From the NCBI GenBank assembly GCA_013265495.1, contig MU057724.1:1627102-1691101 (forward strand): DNA of 64,000 nt, in the 5' to 3' direction. Positions 41,909 to 54,469 of the stretch are shown in pieces. The stretch is from Vicugna vicugna. Taxonomy: Eukaryota. Under the pieces are notes generated by a model. The model was given only the letters and a program-made list of their open reading frames with translations, was not told the DNA's origin and ran no database searches. How positions within the stretch are numbered: position 1 is the stretch's first letter; the number at the start of each line of letters is the position of its first letter. Made by a program: the position numbers and the translations under genes.

Positions 41909-44427
41909 GGGGGAGGGCCGGGGGCGGGACGCAGGCTGGGGAAGCCCGACCGCCGCGGCCACGGAGCCGCCGGGGACCGGGCATGCGCGGACGGCGGCGG
42001 GCGCGCGGGCGCGGGCGAGGACGCCGGAGTCAACAAGGCCCGGGGACGCCCTATCCGGCTCCGCCCCTCGGGGTCGCCCCGCCCCCAGGCCCAAACAACG
42101 CGAGGCCGGCCGAGGTCCCGCGGGAGCAGGCCCCGTGTCGCCGTCGCGGTCGCGCGTGGGGCGCCCTCGCGCCGGGCTGGTCCTCGCAGATTCGTCCCGC
42201 GGCCGGGGCCCGTTCCCGCGCTTGAGCCGCCGCCGCGCTTCCCCGGCGCTCGGGGCTGGGCTCGGCGTGCGGGCGCCTGTCCGTCCGTCCGCCCGCCTCC
42301 CTCAGCTCCCGTCCCCGCCGGGCCGGGAGGGTCCGCCCTGTTCCGCCCGCCCGAGTCGTTCGGGCTTGGTGTCCAGACGCGCTGGCAGCGTCGTGGGCCC
42401 GGAAGGCAGGCAGTGAGGCTTGCCTGGGCGCAGCGGGGTCCGCGCACTCACCGTTGAGGGGAAGGGCCTGCGCGCGAGGCCGGCGCCCACCTCTCCCGGG
42501 GGCCCGCCGGCCGCAGCGGAACGGCTGCTCGGCGCCCTGCCGTTCCCCCTCGACAGCTTTATTTACGCTTAAAATGGGAATGCGCGCCGGGCGGGCGTTG
42601 AGCTCCCAGCCGCGGAGTCTGGATCGGAGCCTGGTCGCCGGGCCCTTGGCCGCCGGCCCGGCCCGAGGGCGCTGCACACTGATGGGATCGCCTTCTGCCG
42701 TCCCGGGCAGAGACGCCAGCACACGGGCATCGCGTGCCATGAGCAGCATCAGTAAAAGGGTCAAGTAAGGAAAACAGCTCAGGTCACGAAACAGCTGCTG
42801 CCGCCCCTTCCCTGCGGCGCCCCCCCCCCCCGATTTTGTTAGTGTTTTCTTTATACTTCCTCCATTCTGCTATAGGAATTCTTCAGAGTTCTAGATCTTT
42901 TTTCCTTTCCGCAACAGCCGTAAAGCTGACCACCGGTCCTGTTTAGTAAGACTCCTAGGAAGTGCTTGGTCAATAAACAGGACCAAGTGCTATCCTTGTG
43001 TGTAAGTGGTCCTACGGCAAACCGGCCACAGCTCAGTATCTTCCCAGGGCTCTCCACCTCCAGACCGTTTCTGGTTATTCCTTCACTTAGCACTTTTCTG
43101 AATGGTCTACTTCTGGTGAGTGTGTGCTTGCCGACTGACAGGTAACCCGCAAAGTCTGGGCACAGGCCCCTCATGTTCCCTGCTGCTCTCCAGTACCCAG
43201 GACGGTGTCTGCTGCAGGATGGGTACTCTGCATTTGGTGAATGGCTAATTTCAAATTATTCCATCATCAAGAATTATTTAGAAATTTACGTAGACTTTGA
43301 TTGATTAAAAAGCCCACAAGACAAGTTATTCCTAGAGTCCTTGGTCAGTTGACTAGCAAGTCTGGTCCAGGCAACAGCAAAGTCACACTGTAATAGCTTA
43401 ACGCTTCACACCAGGCTGCTTCAATTTTGATATTAAGCAGAAAATAGGCAAACTGAATACCTGTGAATATAGAATTCTTTGTAGGCAGGTGCCTTGTAAT
43501 ACCAAAAATGCTCTGTTATTTGTATGTATAAGGCCTTCAACAAATGCTTATTAAACTAAATCAAACTCAGAATACAAATTACTGTTACCGTCCTGGAAGT
43601 TCATGTTTCCCAAAGTCATGGCCAGAGTTGTTGCATGTCTTCTTCAGCCTTAGGATTGGAGGTCTTCGTGTGTTACCCAGGTTGGCCTTAAATCATCTAG
43701 CTATTTTGCAAACACCTCTGTTGCATAATGGGCCTTGGTATGGTTTACAGTGCCAAGTCTGGTATGAGGCCTGAAAGAATTTCCTTGAATTTTTCATTTG
43801 ACTTGCAACGTCTGGGGAAAATCCAGAACTCAATCTTACTAAATATGGACCTGTTTTGTTCTGCAGTTTTATTTCTTTGTGCTATTTTCAGTACAGTTGC
43901 AAGTCAGTCACCTCCTGCTCCCTCAAAAGAAACAGTAAAAATAAATGCTTCCTCTCAAAAAGAGAGTTAGTTTCACTGTACTTATCTTTCTCTGTTTGAA
44001 AGTACGAGGACAACGCATCAGCATTTCCTTACTGATTTTAAGAAACATAAATTTAGTTTGTTGGGAAGGTGGTAATATTTTCTATAGTGGGACTAGAATT
44101 TGAAAATGAAGGAGAAAGCTTAAGACCCTGTATTCCACAGAAGTGATGTCTACTTAATTTACAAATTGAGAAAATACAAAGCAGTCTCAGAGCCGACAGA
44201 GATGAAAGGGAATCTTCTAACTTGACGACAACCTTTGTTTATAGCCATTAGCACGCTTTTTTATTACGAGGTCTCTCCTTGGTATTGCGTTCCACTGTGG
44301 TCCCTAAAGATTACTCCACATGTTGAGAAACATTATAGTCAAAATTAAAGATTTATCTGTGACAACATAAAAGTAGCTGTTCTCTAGAAGAAAAGTGAAA
44401 TAGACTTTGTTTAAATCAGTGGTTCTC

Positions 44428-44862
44428 AACAAACAATAAATGTTGGAGAGGATGTGGAGAAAAGGGAACCCTCCTACACTGTTGGTGGGAATGTAGTTTA
44501 ATGCAGCCGTTATGGAAAGTGGTATGGAGATTCCTCAAGAAACTAAAAATAGAGTTACCATATGACCCAGCAATCCCACTCCTGGGCATCTATCCAGAGG
44601 GAACTCTAATTCAAAAAGATACATGCACCCTAGTGTTCATAGCAGCACTGTTATTAACAGCCAAGACAGGGAAACAACCTAAATGTAAATTGACAGATGA
44701 CTAGATAAAGAAGTTGTGGTATACTACTTAGCCATAAAAAAGAATAAAATAACACCACTTGCTGCTACATGGATGGACGTGGAATCCAAAAAAAAAAAAA
44801 AGACACAAACTTATTTACAAAACAGAAACAGACTCACATAGAAAAAAAACTTAGGGTTACCA
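44428..44862 (+). mobile_element. LINE-1 ORF2 C-terminus and 3'UTR fragment
   Basis: ORF 44501-44704 ([31 protein letters not shown]) is the canonical L1 ORF2 C-terminal motif. Confidence 0.93.
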
Positions 44863-44949
44863 GGATCCTATTCTTTAAGAGGATACTTCTGAAATTTCTG
44901 CTGTATTTAGTATTAAAAATGAAACTGGTTTGTACTGACTATGTCCGAT

Positions 44950-45957
44950 TAGAAATGAATGTTTATTCTATTTGTAATTCATGATAGTTATCGCCTTTCC
45001 AGTTACGAGTTTCTCATTTTTGTAGCATCCTGCTTCTTTTCTATTTAGAGTAGACCTGTCAATATTTCTTTTACATGGGTTTAGTGTTGCTAAACTCTTT
45101 CAGTTTTTGCTTGTCTGTGAAGTTCTTTATCTCTCCTATTCTAAAGGATAGCCTTGCTGGATAGAGTATCCTAGGCTGCATCTTTTTTTCATGCAGGACT
45201 TTGAATTTATCTTGCCACTCACTTCTGGCCTGTAGTGTTTGTGTAGAGAAATCAGCTGAAAGCCTTATGGGGGTTCCCTTGTAACTCACTCTATTTTTCT
45301 CATGCTGCCTTTCATTTCTTTATCCTTGACTCTGGCCATCTTGATTATGGTATGTCTTGGTGTGGGTCTGTTTGGGTTCTTCCTGTTTGGGAGCCTCTGA
45401 GCCTCCTATACTTGGGTGGGGGGGCCCAAGTTGTTCTGCTCTATATCCCCTCCCAGCCACTGCACACAGCCCCCTGCAGTCCCCCAGGGCTGCCTCAATG
45501 CAGCCGTCCCAGTCCTCCACCCGGCTCGGGCAGCCTGTTCCGGCCCCCAGCTGCCAGCTCGCGTCTCGGACTGGGTGTCACGGGGACCCTTTGTGCCCAT
45601 TTAACTTATTTCTGTCGGTCAAGGGGTGCTCGGGGCAGATCTGAGCCTCGGAGGCTCCCCTTCCATCCCGCTGTCCTCTCCGTTGGAGGGGGGAGACCCA
45701 GTGAACGAGTGCCAGTCCTCCTCCGCCGCTTCCTCCCCGTGGGACCTGTCCCGCACTGTTTTGCCGTGTCTTCTTTCTTTTTTCCTTTTCTCCTACCAGA
45801 TTTTTGGCGTCTTTGTCTTTCAAAGAGGGCGATGTTCTGTTGGAGTTCGACAGGTGCTCTGGTTGGCTGGGTGGGTCCGTAGATGTGAGTTTTGGTGGAT
45901 TTGTGGGAGAGGGTGAGCTGGAAGCGTCCTTCTACTCCGCCGTCTTGCTTCTCCACC
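44950..45957 (-). mobile_element. LINE-1 5' portion: CpG-rich 5'UTR (~45420-45957) fused to the distal half of ORF1 (~45050-45418)
   Basis: ORF 45071-45289 (YKGTPIRLSADFSTQTLQARSEW...QPRILYPARLSF) is L1 ORF1p. The minus strand begins CAAGACGGCGGAGTAGAAGGACG, a typical L1 5' terminus. Confidence 0.85.
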
Positions 45958-46457
45958 CGTGATTTGTTTCTGTAGAGATCTCTTTTATTCCATCTGACAA
46001 TATATAAAAATATCAATGACATTTAAATGACTGAGTGCCTTAGGCCTCATTTCTAACTTTTTCAGAGTTTACTTGACAATAAGTTATCTGATAACGGACT
46101 GCAGATTCCCACGTCTTTTCTTCTTTTCTGTTGACTTAGACGTCTTGATGCTCAAGGAAAGCTGTGTAGACGGCCCCTTCGATCACCTAGATTGAGGTAT
46201 ATTAAGATGACTTAACCTGTTGCATTTGCCTAACTGTCTAATTGTATACTATGTAATATTAAGTTGGCCAGATGGTTTTGAAAGGGACGTGTAATGTCCA
46301 TTTTATTAATAAGTTAATTGATAGAGATGCAGTGAAAATAAAAGTAAGAGAGAAAGAAGGACACGTGCCAGCCACATTGAAGAGAAAATTTCATTTATGA
46401 GATGATCTGATAGACTGGGTCTTCTAACGTGCTGTGTTTGTGCTTCTCTGTCTTTTT

Positions 46458-46574
46458 TTTTTGTTTTTTCCACTTTCTAAAAAACTAATTTTTTTCATGG
46501 AGGTGTTGAGGATTGAACCCAGGACCTCATCCATGCTAAGCACAGACTATACCACTGAGCTATACCCACCTCCT
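46458..46574 (-). mobile_element. tRNA-derived SINE, Vic-1-like (camelid)
   Basis: Minus strand reads GGGTATAGCTCAGTGGTATAG...GGTCCTGGGTTCAATCC (A and B boxes) followed by an A-rich tail. Flanked by a degenerate direct repeat TGCTTCT(C/G)TGT. Confidence 0.85.
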
Positions 46575-48872
46575 ATGCTTCTGTGTTTTTATGTCATGGG
46601 ACTAAGAAGTGGATGAATTCGATAACTTACTGCTATATCCTTTCCCATGGCTGATGCATTTATTTTGCAGTCACGACATAGCTTTGACTGCTTCACCGTG
46701 AGCAGCTGAAACAGTTGTTTAGTGACCTCACAGTTCTCTTCCCCGCTTTTTCCTGCCCTAGAACCTGTCTTCCCTCCACATACCAGATTTTGCCTCCCTC
46801 TTGAGTAAAGTGCAGTAAGTTAAAGTTATTTCCCTATGAGAAATATTTACATTCTCTCTTAGCTTCAAATTGTGCAAAACGGGCTCCTTTCTGGAACTCA
46901 AATATGATTGTGTGGTTTTCTCTTTCATTAGAAAAACTGTTCAGGGAAGGAATTGCCCTAATAAGCTAAGCATGCATCACAGGTGAATATTTTACACTAC
47001 TAACATAATGGTTAGATGAAGATATTATTTTATTGACGGAAATAGCATTAAGATACTCTATTTCCATGAAAACTTTCAGCCTCTTCCTCTCCTCCTTCCT
47101 CCAAGTTTTCATCATCTTTGCTACCGTGGGTATTCAGGTGCCAGCAAATAGAAGGAGGAAGTGATTCCACTTTCAGAGATCATTAATAATTAAGAGAAGA
47201 GAACTCTAACCCTCATGTTCCATCTGGATCCAGATCCATCTTCAGATTTTTTTTTTCTATCAAGGCTTATTCCATAGAGCTGCATCTAAGCAGACTTCTG
47301 TTACAAACTTGAAAAATAATGGCATGCAACCTTCGAATTTGGTAAGATTAATCTTTTATGAATGAATGAGAAGGAGAAAAATACTGGAAGGAGACCATTT
47401 CTGTATGTCCTACTCCTTGGCACCGTGAGGAACATATATGTATATTTACAACATTCGTGCTAAGGGTGGGGGAGGCAGAGGGGAAAGGAGACAAAGACCA
47501 TCCACACCCCGTGTTCTCCACTTAATACAGAAGCCGGATTAATTGATTGTTCTTATCCTTTTGAATCACCTTTCCTGTATTACCTTGTTTTTAATGGCTC
47601 TTGTGTTCACGTTTAATTTGTGTTGCTGACAGGCATCTCCAAATAGATTGTGAGAAGCCGAAAAAGGGCCGAGGGCCCTGCTCGTGGGAGGAGCTCAACC
47701 AAAAGGAGAGTCAGGTGGACTTTCCAGGCTTTAGAAGGCTCTGGGGGAGAGGAGACTGACACTAGAGTAAGTGCTGGATTCACTCATTCCCTCAACAGCT
47801 GTTTGTGAGGATGGAAGGTACGCTGGGCCTGAGAGGCACCGTGGGAAATGGAAGAGGCCCTTGTCTCCTCAGAGCTCAAATTTTCATGCAGCTCCGTGTA
47901 AAACGGGAGAGGAAGTCATGGGAGAATAGTGTAAGGAATGTTGGAAACGTGCATCACCTTCGACGGCATTTGGTCAGCTCCTCATGCTTTTGAAGTGGAC
48001 AGAGTATTAACTAGAACTTTGCAGCTGTAGTAGATTTAATCTTGATAAGACACTGGAAATTCTTCCAATAAAAGGAAATAGAAAAATTACCAACAAAAGG
48101 ATTTCTTTTAGGAAAATAAGCATTTCTAATTTATTGTCTGCAGTAGTGATTTTAACTCTAAAAACTCTAAAATGAATATTCTTTTCAATCTATATAGATG
48201 CTTTTCCTTCATTAAAGTACAGCTTGTAAAACAAGATGCTTTGAAACTATACATAAAAATGTGTTTAAATTTCCATCTAACTGAATTTTAAATTAGTATT
48301 TTAAAGAATCTTAACATTTTAATGAACATTTTCTGAGAAACTATGATAGATGTTGAAGATATAAAGCAAAATGTGACATAGTTGCTTTCTTAATAAACTT
48401 GTAGTCAAGTAATACAAGGAAGAAAGTGATGCACAATGTAATAAAAAGGGTAAAAATTAGATGCTGTTTTTTCATAGAAGTGCTCCCTGACAGAAGGCAA
48501 ATTTGAATCAAGGTCCAAAATGCAGACAGAATGTTTACATCACAAAGATGATGAGAATGGTCCCTTTAAGACAGAGGAGTGGGTGAAGAAGATCGTTGAC
48601 ATGAATCCTTCATAGTGCGTCTTCTGAGAGCGGAGATTCGTCTCTGATATCCAGAACCCAGTGCCAAGGGTTATTGGGGCGGAGCCTGGCAGGTAAACTG
48701 CCACCAGATTTGGGGTCATTAGATTCATGCAGCAACAAGGTGACACGTTTGTCGTATTTATGTGCCATCAACTCTAGTGCCTTATATCAGGACCAGAAAG
48801 GATGCTGTACACGACCACTGCTGTGAGTTCATGCCATCGGGGAGTTTGCCTCAGGGAGTCATGGTATCAGCG

Positions 48873-48874
<2 letters not shown>

Positions 48875-48910
<36 letters not shown>
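48875..48910. repeat. (GT)18 microsatellite
   Basis: Counted directly. Confidence 0.97.
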
Positions 48911-48913
<3 letters not shown>

Positions 48914-51149
48914 AGCCATGGCATTTGAATTCTGAAAGGAAGGTGATAGATTCCTTGGCCAATAAACCTGTCTTTATTGACCACATAATTGCACCACAGT
49001 GATGAGTCCAGGCACTGAAGTGGTAACTAGTGTTTATAGATTCTTCCTGCACCAAGTAGGTTGATAATTTTGAACACAGTAATTAGGAGGAATTGACTAG
49101 AACCAACTCGTCTTCAAATATAGAGTGTTTCTAAAATCCCACTAAATAGAATCTTCTGCTAAAAATAGTACTAAAAATAGGGGTTGTGCCAACAAATCCC
49201 TTATTAGGATAGAACAGAGAATTTAAATGAAAAATCCTAAAACAAAGCCTTGGACTAAATAATCATCAACACCGTTCCCTTTAGCAAAACATGCTGGGTA
49301 AATCAGAATGTGATTTACATTCTGTGTTTTTTCAAAGAGATATTTACAGAGTCTGGTCTACCCCGGACGCTCTGGAAGAGTGTTCAGTGTAGCCCGACTT
49401 GAAGGTCATGGTTAAGTGATGGAGGCAGCCCAACAGCACAGGTGCTTGGAACACACTGCTCCCACTGGCCCCCGCCCCCGCCAGGACCAGCTATAAATCC
49501 GCATGTAACGTGAGCGGTCTGTCAGCTCTCCTCCGCTGCCTGGTGCCTTCATGCTGCCTGAGGCTGTGTCTGGACCCTCCGTGGCCTCATCCACACCTTC
49601 CCCCACTGCGTAGACTTACAACCCAAATTTTATCTGCTTCTCTAACACACGTCCTTTTGGACTCGGGACTAGAACCATGATGGAAAGAACTTATGATAAA
49701 GAAATTCATGCCAAGATGCTGCGTGTACCAAATCAGCTAGGTTTCCCACCTGGAGTTTTTCTTATTTGGACAACTCTTTTAAAAATCTAGAATTCTTACA
49801 AAGGAATTTACTAATGATGTTCTAATCACAGAGAACTGTGGCCTCATAAGTAAACTCTAGCTGAATGTTTAAGGAGAAGGATGCCTTGTTTCCTTAGCTT
49901 CCTTCTGTTTCTCAGTAGAAGGTTTAAAGTTGAACTACATCTCTGATACTAGTTTGCATTTCTGTTCTACATCGTTTCCTGTTCCCTTAATCTGCTCAGC
50001 AGGTAGCCGAGTCATGTGGCTCCTTGCCTTGTTGAAGAGGGGGAGCTGTTGGCAGGACAGAAAGGTGACTTTGCTTGCACAGTAACACCCCAAGGCCTCC
50101 CCAGACGGAAATGAAACAGATGACTCTGGGTCCAGTGAGCAGCAAAACAAAACAAAAGCCTGTTGACCAAGCAGGGGGCGGAAACCGCAGGGGATGGATG
50201 CACAGTGTGGCTAGAGAGGCTGTGGACTTGGACTTTCCAGCTTCGCTGCATTTTCTCATGCCCTTGAGGTTGAATGGACTCAGCAGAAGCTCCGGAAGTG
50301 AAAGGTCTACGCCGGCTGGGACAACGGGCATCTCCGCAGTAACCACTGTGGGCTGACGGCGCCTGGCCAGGAGAGCCTCCTCGGTGACTTCTCCTTGTAC
50401 AGGAACCCAGAATCTGTGGTCATCCTGGAGATAGGAGACCTGAACGCAGAACCCAAATTAAATTTCTCACTTGTTCCACAGATTATGCATTCACACTCAA
50501 AATTTATCTAACTAGAGAAAATGGACGCTATTGACGTGCGATCTAAACTTGTACAGCCTGCTGCAGTTCTAACTGCGTTCCCACATGCCACGAGAGGGTG
50601 TTACTGGAGAACTATCTGGCGGTCACATGTGCTCAGCCCCACGTGCTTAAGGTGACCGTACACCCTGGTCTGCCCATGACAGCCACACTTCATGACTGCT
50701 GTCCTGTGGTGATTACTAATAGCATAGGCTCTCTTGTCCTCTCCAGTGTCCAGGTTTGGATGAGAACTTATGTGGCTCCCTGATACAAAACTCCTTCAAC
50801 TACTGTCAGCCTGCACAGGCTGGCGTCTGCTGCTCTAACAGCACAAAACTGCAGTGGCTTCGCAGAACACACATTTGTCGGGTGAATTCCAGGCAGCCGT
50901 CCTCCGTGAGCTGGCTCAGCGTTCCAGAGACCACCAGACTAACATGTGCCTTCCACGACGGTCGCAGCAGGAGAAGGGAGCTCTCACAGTATCTTACGCC
51001 TGCAGGTCAACGGTCTAGCCTGCCGGCTGGGCTATTCATGCAACTCAATCTGCTGGCGGGGGTGGGGTGGTAGGTAATTTTCCCATTTTTCAAGAAGGAA
51101 GGAATATGAGTGTGAAAACTCTCACTGCTAGGTATTTGAACTAGAAGGT

Positions 51150-51985
51150 AAGGGGGCTATTTTCAAAATTCCGGTTTCTGAAAGAGATTGTGTAAAATTG
51201 GTGTTAAATATTCTTTAAACCAAAGTCTGGTAGGATTCTTTAGTGGAACCATCGGGGCCTGGAGATTTCTTTTCTCGGAGGTTTTTAATTTAAAATTCAA
51301 CTTACTTAGTGATTATAGGGCTATCCAAACTTTCTAGTTCGTACTGGGTGAGTTGTAGTAGTTTCAGTTGAGTTGTCAGACTTACGTGTGTAGAATTCCT
51401 TCGTACTCCTTTGGCGTTGTTTCCGTGCATCCGGGATCTGTACCGACGTCCCGCTCTCCTTCCTGATGCTGGTAATTTGTATCTTCCCTCTTTTTCCTTT
51501 GTTAGTCTCCCCAGAGGTCTGTCCATTTTATTGATCTTTACAAGAAAACAATTTTTGTTTCATTCGTTTTCTCTATTTTTTGGTCTTTGATTTCATTCAT
51601 TTCTGCCTCTGTCTTCATCAACACCTTCCACTTCGTTTGGATTTATTTTGCTATTTTCCTCGTACTTTGAGGAGACGGCTTAGATAATTTTTTTGGACCT
51701 TTCCTCTTTTCTAATGTAAGCGCTGTAATGCTATGAATTTTCCTTTTAGTGCTGCTTTGACTGTGTCCCACAAATTTTGATAAATTATGGGGTTTTTTTT
51801 CCATTCAGTTTAATGTGCTTTCTATTGCCCTTGGGGTTTCCCTCCTAATTTATGGACTGTTTGGAAGTGTATTTTTTAATTTCAAAGTTTGGAGGTTTTC
51901 CCTGTTATCTTTCTGTTACTGATTTCTAGTTTGATTCCATTGTACTCAAAGAGCATAGTCTGTATGACTTCTTTTAAATTTGTGT
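51150..51985 (-). mobile_element. Old LINE-1 ORF2 fragment
   Basis: T-rich antisense L1 sequence. Degenerate ORF2-like peptide (DRPLGRLTKEK...ESLDSPIITK) at 51302-51526. Confidence 0.8.
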
Positions 51986-52544
51986 AATACATTCTGGGGC
52001 AAAATCTCTGTCACTGCGTGGTTCTGTGAAACTAGAAAACAAGTTATCTTCTCCCAAAATAGAATGGTGGGCAGGTCTAGGGTACCCCATTACTGACTTT
52101 CCACTTGCAAAAGGGAGAAAATGGAAGGGAAAAAGGAGTTACTGGTCACAAGCAATTTAGAAATCCAAATGGCAAACTCCCAAGGTTTCAGGGCCTGGGG
52201 ATGATCATCTGGGCTCACAGATTCACCCTCCACATTCCTGATCTGTCCTCTGGGCTTGTAGTTCTGCCCTCTGGGTTCCTGGCTCCTTAGCTGGAAGTGT
52301 CCTTCCTCTCTTCATGAAAGGTAGCAGGTGTTTGCAACTGAGTGCTTTTGTCAGCCTGTTTCCTGCCTGTAGAATTGGGAGTCTGACATCCTTGGCCTCC
52401 TTCTGTCAGTTTGTTCTGTCTTGATCATTCCAGTTCAGTTCTGTGTTTCTGCCAAGAGCCTGGTGAGTCTCCCATGGGTGTCTTAGGGATTCACTGCATT
52501 GGATAAGAGGATTCTCTACAGATCAGTCCTGAGTAATCCCATTT

Positions 52545-52698
52545 CTTTCTTTCTTCTCTTTCTCTCTTTCTCTTTCTTTCTTTCTTATTGAAGTACCATC
52601 AGTGACAATGTGTCCAGCAGTTACATTGTGTACAGCACAATGTCCCAGTCATGCATGTACATACATATATTTGGTTTCATATTTTTTTCATTAAAGGT
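52545..52698 (-). mobile_element. Short 5'-truncated camelid-type L1 3' end with a pyrimidine-repeat tail
   Basis: (TTTC)n followed by TTATTGAAGTAC...GTGTACAGCACAATGTCCCAGTCATGCATG. Flanked by a TSD-like pair CTGAGTAATCCCATT / CTGGATAATCCCATT. Confidence 0.75.
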
Positions 52699-53074
52699 CT
52701 GGATAATCCCATTCCTATTCCATGCTCATGCCTAGGTGGCTCAGGATGTCTGTGGGTCCAACACCCACTGCCTTCAGAAAGCCCCCTGTGTGCTTGAGCG
52801 CTCCGACCTTCGGTCCCTGCTGACGCACACCTGAGGGGTGCGCAGCTGCACTCTCGGCCTGCCCTCGGGGAGTGCCTTCCTGGCGGTCAGTCCCTTCACT
52901 TCAGCGTCTTTTGCGATCTGAACAGAATGAGTTTCCCAAACCAGCAAGCCCAGGCGCCTTTCTGTTCAACGGCTCTTCCTTCAGTTGATCTCTTCCCTCG
53001 CGTTTTACTTCTGAGCGCCAAGAGGAAACCAGGCCTCACGTTCCACACCTCCTTGAACCTCTCCTCAGCTACAT

Positions 53075-53486
53075 CTAAGGACCCGCTCCTTTGACCAAAC
53101 TGTAGTCAGGCTCCTCTGCACCCTCTTTTTGACTAGATCTTGCCCCCGGGCCCTGTCCTTAGCTCACTTAGTCCAGTTTTAGCAAGAATCCTGCTGACTC
53201 CATTTAGTGAAAATTCCTACCCTTGATATCTGATCAGATTCCTTATTCTGACGCTTCCCCCGCTGCCTTTGGTAGAAATCCTGTCGGGCCAGTTTGGCCA
53301 GGATCCCCCTACCCTGATGGCTCCTCATAGTAATTTTCCACCCGCTGCCCCCACCCTGCTCCTTGGCCGTCCTGTACTCGTGGGCGGTGAGCTGAATTTC
53401 TGTCTCCTACAGACCCCACTGTCGTGGTCCCTGAGGGAGGTCAGCCTCACCGGCCTTGACGAGGGTCATGAAATTCTTCTTTAACA
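53075..53486 (+). mobile_element. ERV1-class solo LTR (MER39-like)
   Basis: CCTTTGACCAAACTGTAGTCAGGCTCCTCTG...CCAGTTTTAGCAAGAATCCTGCT...CCTTGATATCTGATCA, ending TTCTTTAACA. Confidence 0.65.
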
Positions 53487-53829
53487 GTGTCTGAGTTCAG
53501 CACTTACAAGTTCTGTTTTCCACCTAAAAATAAGAAACTGCCAGTACGTAACAAGGGTCCCCTTCCTCCGCGAGTTCCAGGCAGTCTTCCCCGTCTCCTG
53601 CCGAGCGCTCATGGCAGCGCCCTTGATGTCTTTGCCTGCATGAGACGGTCTGTTCCTGATGACTCATGTGCTCTCCAAGACCAGATCGTTGCGCTTCTCA
53701 CCTCCTCCTGGGTCCGCACGAGCAGAGCCATGACCAGCCACAATTCAGCTAACACTCTGTTCAAGACAATCTAAGGTTTTTCTGTTATTCTCCTCAAAAT
53801 TCTCCTAGCCTCCATGCTTTGTCTCAGGT

Positions 53830-54068
53830 AGGACCTCTGTGTTGCAGTCTTGTGGCATTCTTCCTTCTCCTCTGGGAAATCTCAGCTGTTGTTCTTAAGG
53901 TTTTCAACTGACTAGATGACGTCCCTCCCTTACTGGCAAGGATGCCATCCTTCACTTAAAGTCCACTGATCGTGGAAGTTAATCACCTCAACCTTCACAG
54001 CAACACCTAGACTAGTATCAGACCAGACAGCAGGGCACCACGGCTTAGCCAGGCTGACACAGAACACT
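53830..54068 (-). mobile_element. MLT2-like (ERVL) LTR fragment
   Basis: CCTTCACAGCAACACCTAGACTAGT...GGGCACCACGGCTTAGCCAGGCTGACAC is the reverse complement of an MLT2-type 5' end. Confidence 0.7.
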
Positions 54069-54070
54069 GA

Positions 54071-54408
54071 TGCTGTAGACTGCATGCTTGTGACCCCCCA
54101 AGTTTGCGGGGCACACCCTAATGCCCAGTGTGATGGCATTTGTCAGTGGAGCCTTTGGGAGGTGACTGGGTCATGAGGCAGGAACCTTCGTGAATGGGGC
54201 GCGTCCTCTTACAAGTGAGGCTCCAGAGAGTCCCGCTTCTGCCACGTGAGGACAGAGAGAAGCAGCCATCTGTGAACCAGGAAGCGGGTCCTGGCCTGAC
54301 CCTGAGGGTGTCGGTGCCTTGATCCCAGGCGTCCCAGCCTCCAGAACTGTGAGAAATAAGCTTCTGCTGACCCGGGGCTCCAGCAGCTATGGATTCAGGC
54401 ACAGACTC
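54071..54408 (+). mobile_element. MLT1A/B-like MaLR LTR
   Basis: TAATGCCCAGTGTGATGGCATTTG...GGGTCATGAGG...GCCACGTGAGGACA...CAGCCTCCAGAACTGTGAGAAATAAG. Confidence 0.8.
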
Positions 54409-54469
54409 TGGTGCCTGTGTATAAAACTATGTTTTAAAATATTTTTTGATTTAAGAAGCACCATTGTTT

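Larger units (their letters stand above)
41125..42830. promoter_or_regulatory. CpG island: PCMTD1 promoter and non-coding exon 1
   Basis: Very high GC and CpG density, with GC boxes (GGGGCGGG near 41921, TCCGCCCC near 42060). It lies upstream of the first coding exon on the minus strand. Confidence 0.9.
51995..53790. mobile_element. MaLR internal (MLT-int-like) sequence interrupted by younger insertions
   Basis: AAAACAAGTTATCTTCTCCCAAAATAGAATGGTGGG...AAAAGGGAGAAAATGG resembles MaLR internal consensus sequence. Confidence 0.55.

Noticed and set aside
41276..42768. Long overlapping ORFs (up to 288 aa) on both strands
   Set aside because: Stop-poor GC-rich CpG island plus the N gap. The translations are low-complexity Arg/Pro/Gly/Ala with no recognisable domain.
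44501..45289. L1 ORF1/ORF2 peptides as host genes or an active element
   Set aside because: Fragmentary, interrupted and on opposite strands, with no endonuclease or reverse transcriptase region.
46495..46574. tRNA-like sequence (also at 58255-58332)
   Set aside because: A and B boxes are present, but the degenerate body and A-rich tail indicate SINEs rather than tRNA genes.
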